Positions 1 through 9,248 of a stretch of DNA of 52,402 bases are shown piece by piece. Every line of letters begins with the position of its first letter. The first letter of the stretch is position 1. This stretch comes from Candidatus Zambryskiibacteriota bacterium (GTDB lineage Bacteria; Patescibacteriota; Minisyncoccia; Phycocordibacterales; Zambryskibacteraceae). Position numbers and translations under genes: made by a program. The notes beneath the pieces are model-generated. The model did no database searches, was not told the origin of the DNA, and saw nothing but the letters and a program-made list of their open reading frames with translations. The DNA is taken from NCBI GenBank assembly GCA_009691335.1, contig SICR01000001.1, forward strand, positions 1-52,402, given 5' to 3'.

Positions 1-40
1 CACAAAAATTCAACAGAATTTTTGTGCGACCACAATAAAG

Positions 41-883
41 ATGACAATCATTAATGGCAAGATTATAGCTCAAAAGGTTTTAGCGGATATAAAAGGAAAT
101 CCGGCTAACAAGAATATATCTATTGCCGCGGTTTCCGTAAGTAACAGTTTAGCTATAAAGAGCTTCATTGAGATGAAGAAGAAATACGCTGAGTCAGTGG
201 GTATGAAGCTTTATGAATACAATTTCAAGCCCGGTACTCCGGAAGACGAAATTATTAGAAAGTTAGGAGAATTGGATAAGGATAACAATATTACTGGAAT
301 TATAGTAGAGATACCGTTGGCTCCTGGCTATAACACAGAGAAACTTTTGAATGCTGTGCCAATAGAAAAAGATATTGATGCGCTATCTGTCATTGCTCAA
401 GAGAATTTTTATAATGATGATTTCCGAGTGTCTGGTCACACCCCAACCCTCGTCCCGCCTGCGGTCAGAGCGTTAGAAATACTTCTCAATGAGCATAAGG
501 TTAACCTTGAGGGCAAAACCGCTGCAGTCTTTGGACAAGGAGTTTTGATAGGCAAGCCGATATCGCATTGGCTTGAAGGAAGGTGTAAAGAAGTTTTCAG
601 AATAGATGAGGATACCAATGAGCCAGAGAAGCTATGTCTACAATCCGACATTGTCGTCTCTGGGGTAGGGAAGCCTAATTTGATAAGAGGAGAGATGATA
701 AAGGAGGGGGCCGTCGTTGTAGATTTTGGATTTGAACGGTTTAATGGTAAAAGTGTCGGGGATGTAGATTTCAACACCGTGTCGCCCAAGGCTTCGCTTA
801 TTACTCCTGTTCCGGGTGGTATGGGACCTATCGTAATAGCCGCATTTCTCAAAAATGTCCAAGATTTAAGTTTGGCGCGTTGA
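41..883 (+). CDS. folD: Bifunctional methylenetetrahydrofolate dehydrogenase/cyclohydrolase
   Basis: 280-aa ORF. It has the FolD-like layout with GIIVEIPL, VVSGVGKPNLI and ITPVPGGMGPIVIA motifs. Confidence 0.9.
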   Translation: MTIINGKIIAQKVLADIKGNPANKNISIAAVSVSNSLAIKSFIEMKKKYAESVGMKLYEYNFKPGTPEDEIIRKLGELDKDNNITGIIVEIPLAPGYNTEKLLNAVPIEKDIDALSVIAQENFYNDDFRVSGHTPTLVPPAVRALEILLNEHKVNLEGKTAAVFGQGVLIGKPISHWLEGRCKEVFRIDEDTNEPEKLCLQSDIVVSGVGKPNLIRGEMIKEGAVVVDFGFERFNGKSVGDVDFNTVSPKASLITPVPGGMGPIVIAAFLKNVQDLSLAR

Positions 884-901
884 AAACTTTGCCAAGTCTC
901 A

Positions 902-1822
902 TTACCGGGCGTGTAAGTATAGATAAATATCTTCAAGCGCTTTGACTGCGTCACCAGCGGCAATGTTGTTCTGGTGGTAGAAGCCATCAGTAGAGTCTCC
1001 AGCGGCCCAGAGGCCGGGAATTTCGGTGCGCCCAGTACGCGGATCAACGGGGATTTGCTTGATGGGATTTAAATTAATGAGCTCTTCGACAAACCATGTC
1101 GTAGGCAGTAAACCTATCTCGACGAAAATTCCCCCGACTTTTAATTCATGTTCTCCTGAAGTGTCATCATAAACCAAAGTTGTGACAAACTTATCTCCTC
1201 TTACTTCTTTCGGCTTAGCATTCTTTATAGCTGTCATATTTGGATGAGACAAAACCTTTTCCACAGTAGTTTCATCCGCCCTGAGTATATCCCCTCTATT
1301 TAGAAGGGTGACGGATTTGGCATAAGAAAGGAGTTGAGCCGCAGTCTCAAACGCGGCATTGCCTCCGCCGATAACAGCCACATCTTGTCCAGCAAATAGA
1401 GGTCCATCGCACGAAGCGCAATAGGTGATACCCTTATTCTCAAATTCTTTGGCACCGGGGATCTCAAGCTTTTTTCTCTGACTGCCCGTGGCGACGAGCA
1501 CGGTCTTGGCTTGGTAAGTTGCTCCGTTTGCAGTAGTAAGTTTGAAGCCATTGTCGGACTTCTCTACTTTCTCAACTTTTTCCCCAGATTTTATATCTAC
1601 GGATTCTCCAGCGGCAAATCGTAAGTGTTCTTCCAAAAGTTTACCGAACTCCGGACCGGGGATACTCTTCCATCCTATCCAATTCTCAATACCCATCGAG
1701 TCAGTGCTTTGACCGCCAAATGTTTCGGTTATGAGAATCGTCTTTAGGTGTTTTCTGGCAGCATAAACGCCGGCTGCAATGCCGGCCGGCCCACCTCCGA
1801 TGATAGCTAAGTCGTATATCAT
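902..1822 (-). CDS. trxB: Thioredoxin-disulfide reductase
   Basis: FAD-binding site DLAIIGGGPAGIAAG, redox-active CASC (YCASCDG), and a second dinucleotide site VIGGGNAAFE. The start was moved to the internal ATG at 1822 (MIYDLAIIGGG); the track ORF extends to 1873. Confidence 0.9.
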   Translation of the reverse strand: MIYDLAIIGGGPAGIAAGVYAARKHLKTILITETFGGQSTDSMGIENWIGWKSIPGPEFGKLLEEHLRFAAGESVDIKSGEKVEKVEKSDNGFKLTTANGATYQAKTVLVATGSQRKKLEIPGAKEFENKGITYCASCDGPLFAGQDVAVIGGGNAAFETAAQLLSYAKSVTLLNRGDILRADETTVEKVLSHPNMTAIKNAKPKEVRGDKFVTTLVYDDTSGEHELKVGGIFVEIGLLPTTWFVEELINLNPIKQIPVDPRTGRTEIPGLWAAGDSTDGFYHQNNIAAGDAVKALEDIYLYLHAR

Positions 1823-1913
1823 GAAGTACGAAGTAAGGAGTATGAAGTAAGAATAACCAATATAGAATACCAAAAATTTTTCTCTCTTACTACTTACTCC
1901 ATACTGTTTACTA

Positions 1914-3107
1914 CTATTTCAATTTAGAACGGCGGAGAAATGCTGGGACGGCAGACCAGTCATCATCGTTGTCCTCGATTGGAGAGGCAGCTGGAGTGCC
2001 CACAGGCTTTTTGATATCTATATTTTCCCTTAGAGAGCTCACATCCTTCGGAGCGGAAATAGTATTGAATATTCTGCCTTTAGACGGAGCTTCTTCATTG
2101 TTGTTTCCAAAGGTTTGGAATAAGGAAGTGGACTTGGTACCACGGAAGTTGTTATCGGGGAAGTTGCTTGCGATGACGGTAATCCTGATCTCACCTTTTT
2201 TGAGCTTGTCGTCGTGGATGGTACCGAAGATAATCTTGGCATTCGGATCAACTGATTCGGTAATAACTTTGGCGGCCTCCTGTATTTCAAACATAGCCAA
2301 GTCATCACCGCCGGCGATAGAGAAGAGTACGCCCTTGGCGCCGTTGATAGATATTTCCAGAAGTGGGGAAGAGATAGCGGCTTTGGCAGCTTCGGCGGCG
2401 CGGTTCTCTCCTGAAGCGGAGCCTATGCCCATGAGTGCCGCACCTGAGTTCTCTAATACGGAGCGGATGTCGGCGAAGTCAATATTGATAATACCCGGAG
2501 TGGTAATGAGTTCGGAGATACCCTCGACTGCTTCCTTCAAAATGTTATCGCAGATGGCGAAGGCGTTCTTGGCAGTAACATTTTTATCAACGGTCTGAAG
2601 AAGGCGATCATTGGGAATGATGATAAGAGCGTCCACTGATTGTCGGAGTTCTTCGGCCGCTGCTTCTGCAATTCGCATTCTCTGCTGGCCCTCAAAGAAG
2701 AATGGTTTGGTGACGACAGCGACGGTTAGACACCCATTCTCTTTGGCAGTGCGGGCAACTACTGGAGCTGCGCCTGAAGCTGTGCCTCCGCCAAGTCCTC
2801 CTGCGACAAATACCATATCCGCTCCCTTGATGGCTTCCTGAACTTCCTCCTTGGTTTCTTCAACCGCACGCTTGCCAAGCTCTGGGTTCATACCGGTACC
2901 GAGGCCTCTTGTGAGGTTCTTGCCGATGTGGATTTTCTTCTTGGCCAGAGAGTGGTGAAGGTCCTGCGCATCCGTATTTACAGCAATAAACTCAACTCCC
3001 TTGACCTTGGAGTTAATCATATGATTAATGGTATTTTTCCCTGAACCGCCAACCCCGATGACCTTGATACGAGCGAATGATTCTACTTCTGGTTTTATTT
3101 GTGGCAT
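1914..3107 (-). CDS. ftsZ: Cell division GTPase FtsZ
   Basis: GVGGSGKNTINHM and the tubulin signature GGLGGGTASGAAPV; 397 aa. Confidence 0.95.
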   Translation of the reverse strand: MPQIKPEVESFARIKVIGVGGSGKNTINHMINSKVKGVEFIAVNTDAQDLHHSLAKKKIHIGKNLTRGLGTGMNPELGKRAVEETKEEVQEAIKGADMVFVAGGLGGGTASGAAPVVARTAKENGCLTVAVVTKPFFFEGQQRMRIAEAAAEELRQSVDALIIIPNDRLLQTVDKNVTAKNAFAICDNILKEAVEGISELITTPGIINIDFADIRSVLENSGAALMGIGSASGENRAAEAAKAAISSPLLEISINGAKGVLFSIAGGDDLAMFEIQEAAKVITESVDPNAKIIFGTIHDDKLKKGEIRITVIASNFPDNNFRGTKSTSLFQTFGNNNEEAPSKGRIFNTISAPKDVSSLRENIDIKKPVGTPAASPIEDNDDDWSAVPAFLRRSKLK

Positions 3108-3193
3108 ACGCTTAAATTTATGGATGCGCCTATCTTACCAGAGGGTTTAGAAAATGAAAGTACATTGACTACTAAGTAGAAATATGTCTTGTT

Positions 3194-4396
3194 TTATGGC
3201 AAAAGTTGAGACAACCAGCGGGAAAATTTGCGTGCCAGACGCTGACCGTCTTCGGCGGAGATTGGGCCCTTTCTCGGACCCATCATATGTCCCGTGTCGT
3301 CTGAATTGAACCCCCAAAGGGAGAGTCCGCACGCAGTAGCCCAGATATTGTCGCGTATCTTATTTCTATCGGTGTTGCCGAAATGGATTTCCGCGATTTG
3401 TGCTGGTAATTCCAGTTCTTCTTCGGCAAAAGTTTTAATCCCCTGTATGCTAGCGCTTCCGCCAGTAAGTACCGCGCCTGCTGGCAGAAGTTTGTCGCGC
3501 CCAATTTTCTTCAAATGATTTTGTATGAGCTCAAAGTAGTCTCCCAGGCGGGCTCCGATGATGGCATCTAGATTTTTTTTAGAATAAGAAGAGTGGGAGA
3601 GACCGCCGAGTTTGACATTCTCAGCATCTTCTAGTGGCATCTTGAGACCTAAGGCAATGTCGTTGGTGATATCCGCCCCGCCGATGGGGAAGACTTCAAG
3701 GGATATGGGGTTATTATTTTCGAAAACTATGACAGAGAGAGTTTCTGCACCGATGTCAGCCAAGAGGCATCCGACGCGACGCTGCTTTTTAGAAATTGTG
3801 ACGAAGCTCGCGGCTATTGGTGCCGCTACGACATCAATGACTTCTATGTTTGCCTCTTCAATAGTTTTTATAACATCGGAGAGATGATGTTCTAGGCAAG
3901 TTATGAAAAGTGCTTTGACCTCGAGCTTCTGGGCCTTGAGACCGAGAGGTTCTCCCCAAGAAATCTTGCCATCTATTTTGTATTCAATGGGGATGGTATT
4001 GATAATGCGTTTGTTGATTAAGGTGGCGCGGGAGATGGATTGTTCGGCCACATCTAAGACAGCCGTAAGGTCTCTCTCGGTAATCTCGAGATCTGCTCTA
4101 GAGATAGCCACTGAACCAGTAGTAGCGAGACTTCCCAAGCCGATACCTCCAAAGGAGACATATGCCCGCTTGACTCTTACCTCGGAGATTTTCTCCGCTT
4201 TGGCCACGGCGGTGCGCACACTTGCGGCCGTTTCAGCAGTATTGGTTATGAAGCCTTTTTCTACCCCTCTCGTTTCTGCTGTGCCGGTGCCGATGATGCG
4301 TGGGGTGAAGTTGCCGTTAACATTGACGCCTTCCGCGATAATTACCTTGATTTCAAAAGTTCCTATATCAATCCCAACGATGATTTGACGCGACAT
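3194..4396 (-). CDS. ftsA: Cell division protein FtsA (actin-like ATPase)
   Basis: IVGIDIGTFEIKV phosphate-1 motif, LADIGAETL and LTGGSASIQG motifs. It lies immediately upstream of ftsZ on the same strand. Confidence 0.85.
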   Translation of the reverse strand: MSRQIIVGIDIGTFEIKVIIAEGVNVNGNFTPRIIGTGTAETRGVEKGFITNTAETAASVRTAVAKAEKISEVRVKRAYVSFGGIGLGSLATTGSVAISRADLEITERDLTAVLDVAEQSISRATLINKRIINTIPIEYKIDGKISWGEPLGLKAQKLEVKALFITCLEHHLSDVIKTIEEANIEVIDVVAAPIAASFVTISKKQRRVGCLLADIGAETLSVIVFENNNPISLEVFPIGGADITNDIALGLKMPLEDAENVKLGGLSHSSYSKKNLDAIIGARLGDYFELIQNHLKKIGRDKLLPAGAVLTGGSASIQGIKTFAEEELELPAQIAEIHFGNTDRNKIRDNIWATACGLSLWGFNSDDTGHMMGPRKGPISAEDGQRLARKFSRWLSQLLP

Positions 4397-4733
4397 TTAA
4401 ATATTTTTTTTCAGCCTTGTTCATTGTATCGCCATGTTCCATTCCTTTCAAATGAAGACATCCGTGGACAAAGAGGTATGTCGGGCTAAATTTTTTCATC
4501 TTGTATAGGTTTATGAAAATTTCTCCAGAATCCTTCGATAATTTAAACGACAGCACATTGGTGGCCTTGTCTTTGTCGCGATAGTGGCGATTGAGGCTTC
4601 TCGAGAGAGCGTCTCCGCAGAATACCAAAGAGAGTTCGTATCTTTTTCCCAGAATATAATCTTTTATCAGCTCAAACTTGGCCTTCGGAATACGTCTTCT
4701 AGTTGTATTTTTTATTGAAAATCCAAAGGTCAT
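4368..4733 (-). CDS. ybeY: rRNA maturation endoribonuclease YbeY
   Basis: Zinc-binding motif HGCLHLKGMEHGD near the C-terminus; 121 aa. Confidence 0.8.
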   Translation of the reverse strand: MTFGFSIKNTTRRRIPKAKFELIKDYILGKRYELSLVFCGDALSRSLNRHYRDKDKATNVLSFKLSKDSGEIFINLYKMKKFSPTYLFVHGCLHLKGMEHGDTMNKAEKKYLNVASNHRWD

Positions 4734-4751
4734 ATGTTATATGACCTTTGA

Positions 4752-5015
4752 TTATCTTCGGCGGTGAGTGAGAGAGTTCAGCTCACTTTGTTTACCGAGC
4801 TTTATAAGTTCATTGATGGCTTCCTTCTTCTTGAGGTATTCCAAGGTCTTGGACTTCTTCACATTGCCTGACTTGATACGCTCGCTGTATCTCTTGGAAC
4901 GGACACGAGGGAGGACACCTGCCGCTTGGACGCGCTTAGTAAAGCGTCGGAGGACGCTTAAATTATTTTCATTCTGGCCTTTTGTGACCTCGATATTTAC
5001 AGATGATGCTGTCAT
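4752..5015 (-). CDS. rpsU: 30S ribosomal protein S21
   Basis: LRRFTKRVQAAGVLPRVRSKRYSE matches the S21 core. The ATG at 5015 is preferred over the GTG at 5039. Confidence 0.7.
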   Translation of the reverse strand: MTASSVNIEVTKGQNENNLSVLRRFTKRVQAAGVLPRVRSKRYSERIKSGNVKKSKTLEYLKKKEAINELIKLGKQSELNSLTHRRR

Positions 5016-5061
5016 AAGTTGCAAGGGACACTCTAACACGAAGCTAAATTATTGTCTAACC

Positions 5062-6270
5062 CTAAAGACTGACGTGTTTCAGAAAGTCAGGTAGTCTCTC
5101 TATGGGTATCGTGTCTTGGGCGCGGGTTTGGATGTTCCTGACAGTGGCGGTACCATCGAGTGCTTCCTTCTGCCCGATGATGATGAGGTATGGTACGTGC
5201 AGACTCTCTGCACTGCCTAGTTGAACCGTCAGCTTATCTTTGCCGAGAAAGTGGTGCACAGGTATGCGATGAGAGCGTAGAAGCTCAATGAGACTTAGGG
5301 TTTTTATTTTCGCTGATTGGCCGAGTTGTATCAAGTAGAATTTCGGCCTGGGCAACTCTTTGTAAATCTTTTTAATAACATTTTTTTCTGGGCAAAAGAG
5401 GGATACTCCAGCCATTTGGATTTCTTTCTTCATACCTAGTCTACGACCAAGGCGAGAGTAGCGATAGCCAACGGCAAGGTAGTCTCCTCCAATTGACGAG
5501 AGTTCGGCATTTATGCCGGTAGAGCGGATAGCGAATATGGTGTGTGAAGAATGATTCTTTTCTCCTATAAGTTCTGGTGAGAGGCCGAATTCAATACCAA
5601 GCGCTTCGACAAACTCCAGCACTTCTTTGAAATGAGTTCTAGATTGGGCGGAGAGATATGAAATGGAGGCAGGAGCGGATACTCTGAACTGCATGGCTTC
5701 CTCGTGCTCAAGCCTAAATAGGTTAAAGACGTCTTCCTTGAGTGCGATTTTCAACTTTTCAGAAATATTGCTCCCGAATTTTTTGACATAATTTATAAGC
5801 TCTCGCTCGTAGGTGGCCAGAGATTCTTTATCGCCAATACAGTTGAGTTCCACGCGCAGATTTTTGTACCCCTCTTCTGAAAGTATGGATAGGGAGGCAC
5901 GTATGAGAGCTGCCTCGGCAATACCTGTTTGACTGCCAATGAAGTGGAGATCGTACCCGCCTAGACTCGAATGTTTAGTCGAAGTTGGCCCTCCCAACTG
6001 TGTGCGCTTGGCTACTCTTCTATATATCAGAGAGAGAGGATGGGGAAGCGAGGAAAAGTCTTCTTCCAGATAGGTGCGGATGAGGGCAGCCTTTTCTACC
6101 GCATTATAGTGCGAAAGTTCAGTGCAATGCTCGCAAGAGGCAATATCGGTAGCAATTACTTTGGGAGTAGCGATAGGGGTGAAGCCGAAATAAGTTGCGG
6201 TGATAAGTGCTTTATCAAATTCGGATAATTGCCACCTCGGTTTATGTACTTGGCTTACTTTTGTGAGCAT
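5062..6270 (-). CDS. Histidyl-tRNA synthetase-like protein (divergent catalytic motifs)
   Basis: HisRS-like middle region (RVELNCIGDKESL, GGDYLAVGY) and an anticodon-binding-like C-terminus (FYLIQLG...PYLIIIGQKE...VRN). The motif 2 region looks degenerate. Confidence 0.55.
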   Translation of the reverse strand: MLTKVSQVHKPRWQLSEFDKALITATYFGFTPIATPKVIATDIASCEHCTELSHYNAVEKAALIRTYLEEDFSSLPHPLSLIYRRVAKRTQLGGPTSTKHSSLGGYDLHFIGSQTGIAEAALIRASLSILSEEGYKNLRVELNCIGDKESLATYERELINYVKKFGSNISEKLKIALKEDVFNLFRLEHEEAMQFRVSAPASISYLSAQSRTHFKEVLEFVEALGIEFGLSPELIGEKNHSSHTIFAIRSTGINAELSSIGGDYLAVGYRYSRLGRRLGMKKEIQMAGVSLFCPEKNVIKKIYKELPRPKFYLIQLGQSAKIKTLSLIELLRSHRIPVHHFLGKDKLTVQLGSAESLHVPYLIIIGQKEALDGTATVRNIQTRAQDTIPIERLPDFLKHVSL

Positions 6271-6863
6271 TATGGATTACTGCTGAGACTGTCTATTGAA
6301 TAGGATATTTCCCCAGGCATAAACGTCGGCGGATATAAGCGTAGCACTGGTCGTCCCAGCATATTTGCTCTTGGTACGGGACCCCATTCTCGCGAGTCAG
6401 CGGAGGCGGCACGGTTGTCTCCCATAACGAAGTATTCGTCTTCGCCCAAAGTGTAATCCACGCTATCTGGTTTGGACAGTTCGATGTAGGATTCATCTAA
6501 AAGTAGGCCATCCGGGTGTTCAGTATTTTTGATAGTGACTTTGCCTTCCTTAATAGAAACCGTTTCGCTAGGCAGGCCGATAATGCGCTTGATAAACTTC
6601 TTCTTGGGGTCTAGAGGGTATTTAAATATAAGCACTGAGCCACGCTCCGGGTTGTTGAAGTGGTAGGTGACCTCATCAACTATAAGATATTGACCATTTT
6701 TGAAAGTTGGGAACATAGATGAGCCATCTACTATAAATGGTTGTGCGATATAAGTGCGAAAGGGGATGACAATGACGACAGAGAGGATGACAAGTTTGGC
6801 GAGTTCTTTCCAGAATTCAGAACGACTGTTGGCGGGAGGATTTTTTTCTTCTGCCGAATCCAT
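6270..6863 (-). CDS. lepB: Signal peptidase I
   Basis: N-terminal TM helix, catalytic-Ser box GSSMFPTF, and GDNRAASADSREWG box. Confidence 0.85.
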   Translation of the reverse strand: MDSAEEKNPPANSRSEFWKELAKLVILSVVIVIPFRTYIAQPFIVDGSSMFPTFKNGQYLIVDEVTYHFNNPERGSVLIFKYPLDPKKKFIKRIIGLPSETVSIKEGKVTIKNTEHPDGLLLDESYIELSKPDSVDYTLGEDEYFVMGDNRAASADSREWGPVPRANMLGRPVLRLYPPTFMPGEISYSIDSLSSNP

Positions 6864-6910
6864 AATTTATAAAGATTGTATTCTTTAACTTCATTTGACA
6901 CAATAGCAGT

Positions 6911-7435
6911 ATGTATATCGTCGTAGGTCTCGGTAATCCGAGCAGTCAATATTCGCACACTCGACATAACACGGGACGCATGGCGGCCAATTTGATTGAG
7001 GAAAAAATAGATGGGGTGAAAGTTTTTACCCCCGATACCTTTATGAACAAGACTGGCCCTGCTGTGGCCAAGGTAGTAAAGAGCAAAAAGGCAGCAGAGA
7101 AGCTCATTGTGATTTATGACGATCTGGATTTGCCTCTTGGTTTGATGAAAATTTCTTATAACCGAAGTTCTGGTGGACATCGTGGTGTTGAAAGTATTAT
7201 AAAAGCTCTCAAGACCGAAGCTTTCATCCGCATTCGTATTGGTATCTCGCCTGTAACGCCATCAGGCAAATTGAAAAAGCCGAAAGGGGAGAAAGATGTT
7301 GAGAAACATATTCTCTCAGATTTCAAAAAGCCAGAAACAGAAATTCTCAAAAAAGTTTTCAGGTCTGTTGTAACTGCAGTCGAAACTATCAAAGACAGTG
7401 GCCTCGCTCCCGCAATGACGGAGTTTAACGGCTGA
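6911..7435 (+). CDS. pth: Peptidyl-tRNA hydrolase
   Basis: MYIVVGLGNP...YSHTRHNTG N-terminus and GGHRGVESI motif. Confidence 0.9.
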   Translation: MYIVVGLGNPSSQYSHTRHNTGRMAANLIEEKIDGVKVFTPDTFMNKTGPAVAKVVKSKKAAEKLIVIYDDLDLPLGLMKISYNRSSGGHRGVESIIKALKTEAFIRIRIGISPVTPSGKLKKPKGEKDVEKHILSDFKKPETEILKKVFRSVVTAVETIKDSGLAPAMTEFNG

Positions 7436-7547
7436 TAAAACAAAAATACGATTTTTTAGGTTCGCGATAATTTTTTGGTAAAAATTTTGTTTCCTCACGC
7501 CATCGTGCTGCGAAAGCCATAAAAATCGTCTTTTTGTTTTATTTTTT

Positions 7548-7601
7548 ACGAAAGATAATGTCATCTTCTATTCCTTGGGGTCGAAGAGGGTAATCTCGAA
7601 G
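7548..7601 (-). pseudogene. Relic duplicate of the rpsA 3' end
   Basis: About 55 nt homologous to 7650-7705. It reads FEITLFDPKE-TAG-KMTLSFV, compared with the authentic rpsA tail FKITLFDPKEQKMALSFVEKK. Confidence 0.6.
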
Positions 7602-7637
7602 TGCGCTGGTCAACATCGGATGTTGGCCAAGTTTGGA

Positions 7638-8822
7638 TTACTTCTTCTCCACGAATGAGAGAGCCATCTTTTGTTCCTTTGGGTCGAAGAGGGTGATCTT
7701 GAAGTTATAAGACTTGCCCATTTCAAGCTTCTCACGGAGTTTGTCTTCTGAACCGAACTCGGAAATGTGGATGAGACCAGCTACACCTTCCTCAATAGAA
7801 GCCAGGGCACCATGTTTATTGAACTTGATGATGACACCTTGGACTACATCATCCTTCTTGTATTTCTTTTCAGCTTCTCTCCAAGGATTCTCTTTGAGTG
7901 CTTTGATGGAGAGGGAGATTTTGTCATCCTTGATTTCGATGACCTTGACCTTTACCTTTTCACCAATCTTAAACATGGTCTTGGGATTTTCTACAAGTCC
8001 CCAATCAATTTCAGATATGTGGACAAGGCCCTCGAGTCCTTCTTCAAGCTTTACAAAGATGCCGAAGTCGACGAGGCCTGTTACTTCGCCGGAGAGTTCA
8101 TCGCCCAATGTGTAGCGAGCAACGATATTCTCTTTATCTTTAGTCTCTGGGGATTTCTCAGAGAATATAAGCTTACCTTCTTTGGGATTTACTCCGATGA
8201 TAGTGACCAAGAGTTTCTCACCGACCAACTTTCTCAATTCATCTAGTATTCTGTCTTTATCTCCATCAGAGATGCGAGGATAGTGCTCAGGCTTAAGTTG
8301 AGATGCAGGCAAGAATCCGGTAATACCTTGCCAGTTGATGATAAGACCACCCTTGTTGGCATCTGTGATAGAGAGTTCGAATGTTCGTTTCTCGCGAATC
8401 GCATCTTCCGCCTCAGACCAGATGATAGCTTGGCGAGCTTCTTTGAGAGATATTTCTACATAGCCTTCCTTACCGCCCATAGCAATAACCTTGCCTGCGA
8501 CAGTGTCTCCGACATTAATCCTTTTTATAATATCGCGCGCGTTTTGGAACTCGCGACCGTAGATGATACCTGTGCCGAAAGGAGGCAGGTCGATGTAGAC
8601 CGCACCTTTATCGATAGAGATAACCTGGCCCTCGATGAGGTCGTCGACCATCGGTGGAGCGGAGATTCTTTCTATAAAACTATTCATGACTGATTCTGTG
8701 TCAGTAGAAACAACCTCAGAGACTGGGGTTTTCTTTTCCTTTTTTGTTTCCTTAACTTCCGGTTTTGTTGAGATTTTTTCTTCAATTGGCTCGGTAGCCT
8801 TTTTTCTTCCAAATAGTGACAA
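7638..8822 (-). CDS. rpsA: 30S ribosomal protein S1
   Basis: Four repeated S1/OB modules (GxV...GAxVDL.., HISE motifs); 394 aa. Confidence 0.85.
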   Translation of the reverse strand: MSLFGRKKATEPIEEKISTKPEVKETKKEKKTPVSEVVSTDTESVMNSFIERISAPPMVDDLIEGQVISIDKGAVYIDLPPFGTGIIYGREFQNARDIIKRINVGDTVAGKVIAMGGKEGYVEISLKEARQAIIWSEAEDAIREKRTFELSITDANKGGLIINWQGITGFLPASQLKPEHYPRISDGDKDRILDELRKLVGEKLLVTIIGVNPKEGKLIFSEKSPETKDKENIVARYTLGDELSGEVTGLVDFGIFVKLEEGLEGLVHISEIDWGLVENPKTMFKIGEKVKVKVIEIKDDKISLSIKALKENPWREAEKKYKKDDVVQGVIIKFNKHGALASIEEGVAGLIHISEFGSEDKLREKLEMGKSYNFKITLFDPKEQKMALSFVEKK

Positions 8823-9026
8823 ATTGAGTAGTCGCTTCCGGTCCTTGCTGGTTTCAGAATGGTTGCCGTACCAACCCAGCCGTCGCTAAAGCTATGGCGG
8901 GGGAACAAGGGATAACAGAAACGGTGGATGATAATCCTCGGGTTAAACCCAAGGCTGATGGGACTGGTAAAGAACCTTAATAATATACCAGAATCCTTCA
9001 AAAACACAAGTACATTATTTTATTCC

Positions 9027-9074
9027 CCTTAATACATTATTTTCAACCTATAGGATGATTATAATGTATTAAGG
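9027..9074. repeat. Perfect 14-bp inverted repeat with a 20-nt loop
   Basis: ccttaatacattat (9027-9040) is complementary to ataatgtattaagg (9061-9074). Confidence 0.85.
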
Positions 9075-9134
9075 AAACATATAACATATAACATATAACA
9101 TATAACATATGACATATGTCATATGTTTCCTTAA
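9069..9134. repeat. 14-bp inverted repeat enclosing seven tandem heptamers (AACATAT x5, GACATAT, GTCATAT)
   Basis: ttaaggaaacatat (9069-9082) pairs with atatgtttccttaa (9121-9134). The heptamers span 9076-9124. Confidence 0.85.
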
Positions 9135-9231
9135 TCATATAAATATAAAAAATAAGAAAGGGCAGCCTACAGTGGAGCATCATTTGAAGTTTGGGTGTAT
9201 GTTCAAAATAGTGGTAAAACTAGGCTTATTA

Positions 9232-9240
9232 TGATAAAAT
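9232..9240 (+). promoter_or_regulatory. Extended -10 element TGATAAAAT
   Basis: The same 9-mer occurs upstream of tRNA-Cys at 39091. It lies only 8 nt upstream of the ATG at 9249. Confidence 0.4.
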
Positions 9241-9248
9241 AGGCTCAT

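Noticed and set aside
436-1047. Long antisense or shadow ORFs inside well-supported genes. Examples are 436-1047, 1969-2598, 3903-4388, 7714-8246, 9180-9737, 11126-11815, 14636-15022, 18442-18768, 22464-22817, 30384-30806, 34519-34929, 38415-38765, 42467-42847, 44190-44582 and 45332-45778.
   Set aside because: Each lies opposite or out of frame to a gene with clear family motifs. Their translations are low-complexity or Ser/Leu/Arg-rich with no motifs.
8684-9007. A 107-aa minus-strand ORF overlapping the rpsA N-terminus and leader.
   Set aside because: It overlaps rpsA out of frame, its composition is dominated by the shifted reading of the Lys/Glu-rich S1 N-terminus, and it has no SD.
9076-9124. 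The heptamer array as a possible CRISPR array.
   Set aside because: The units are 7 nt long and contiguous with no spacers, and no cas genes are in the window. It is a microsatellite and palindrome, not a CRISPR array.
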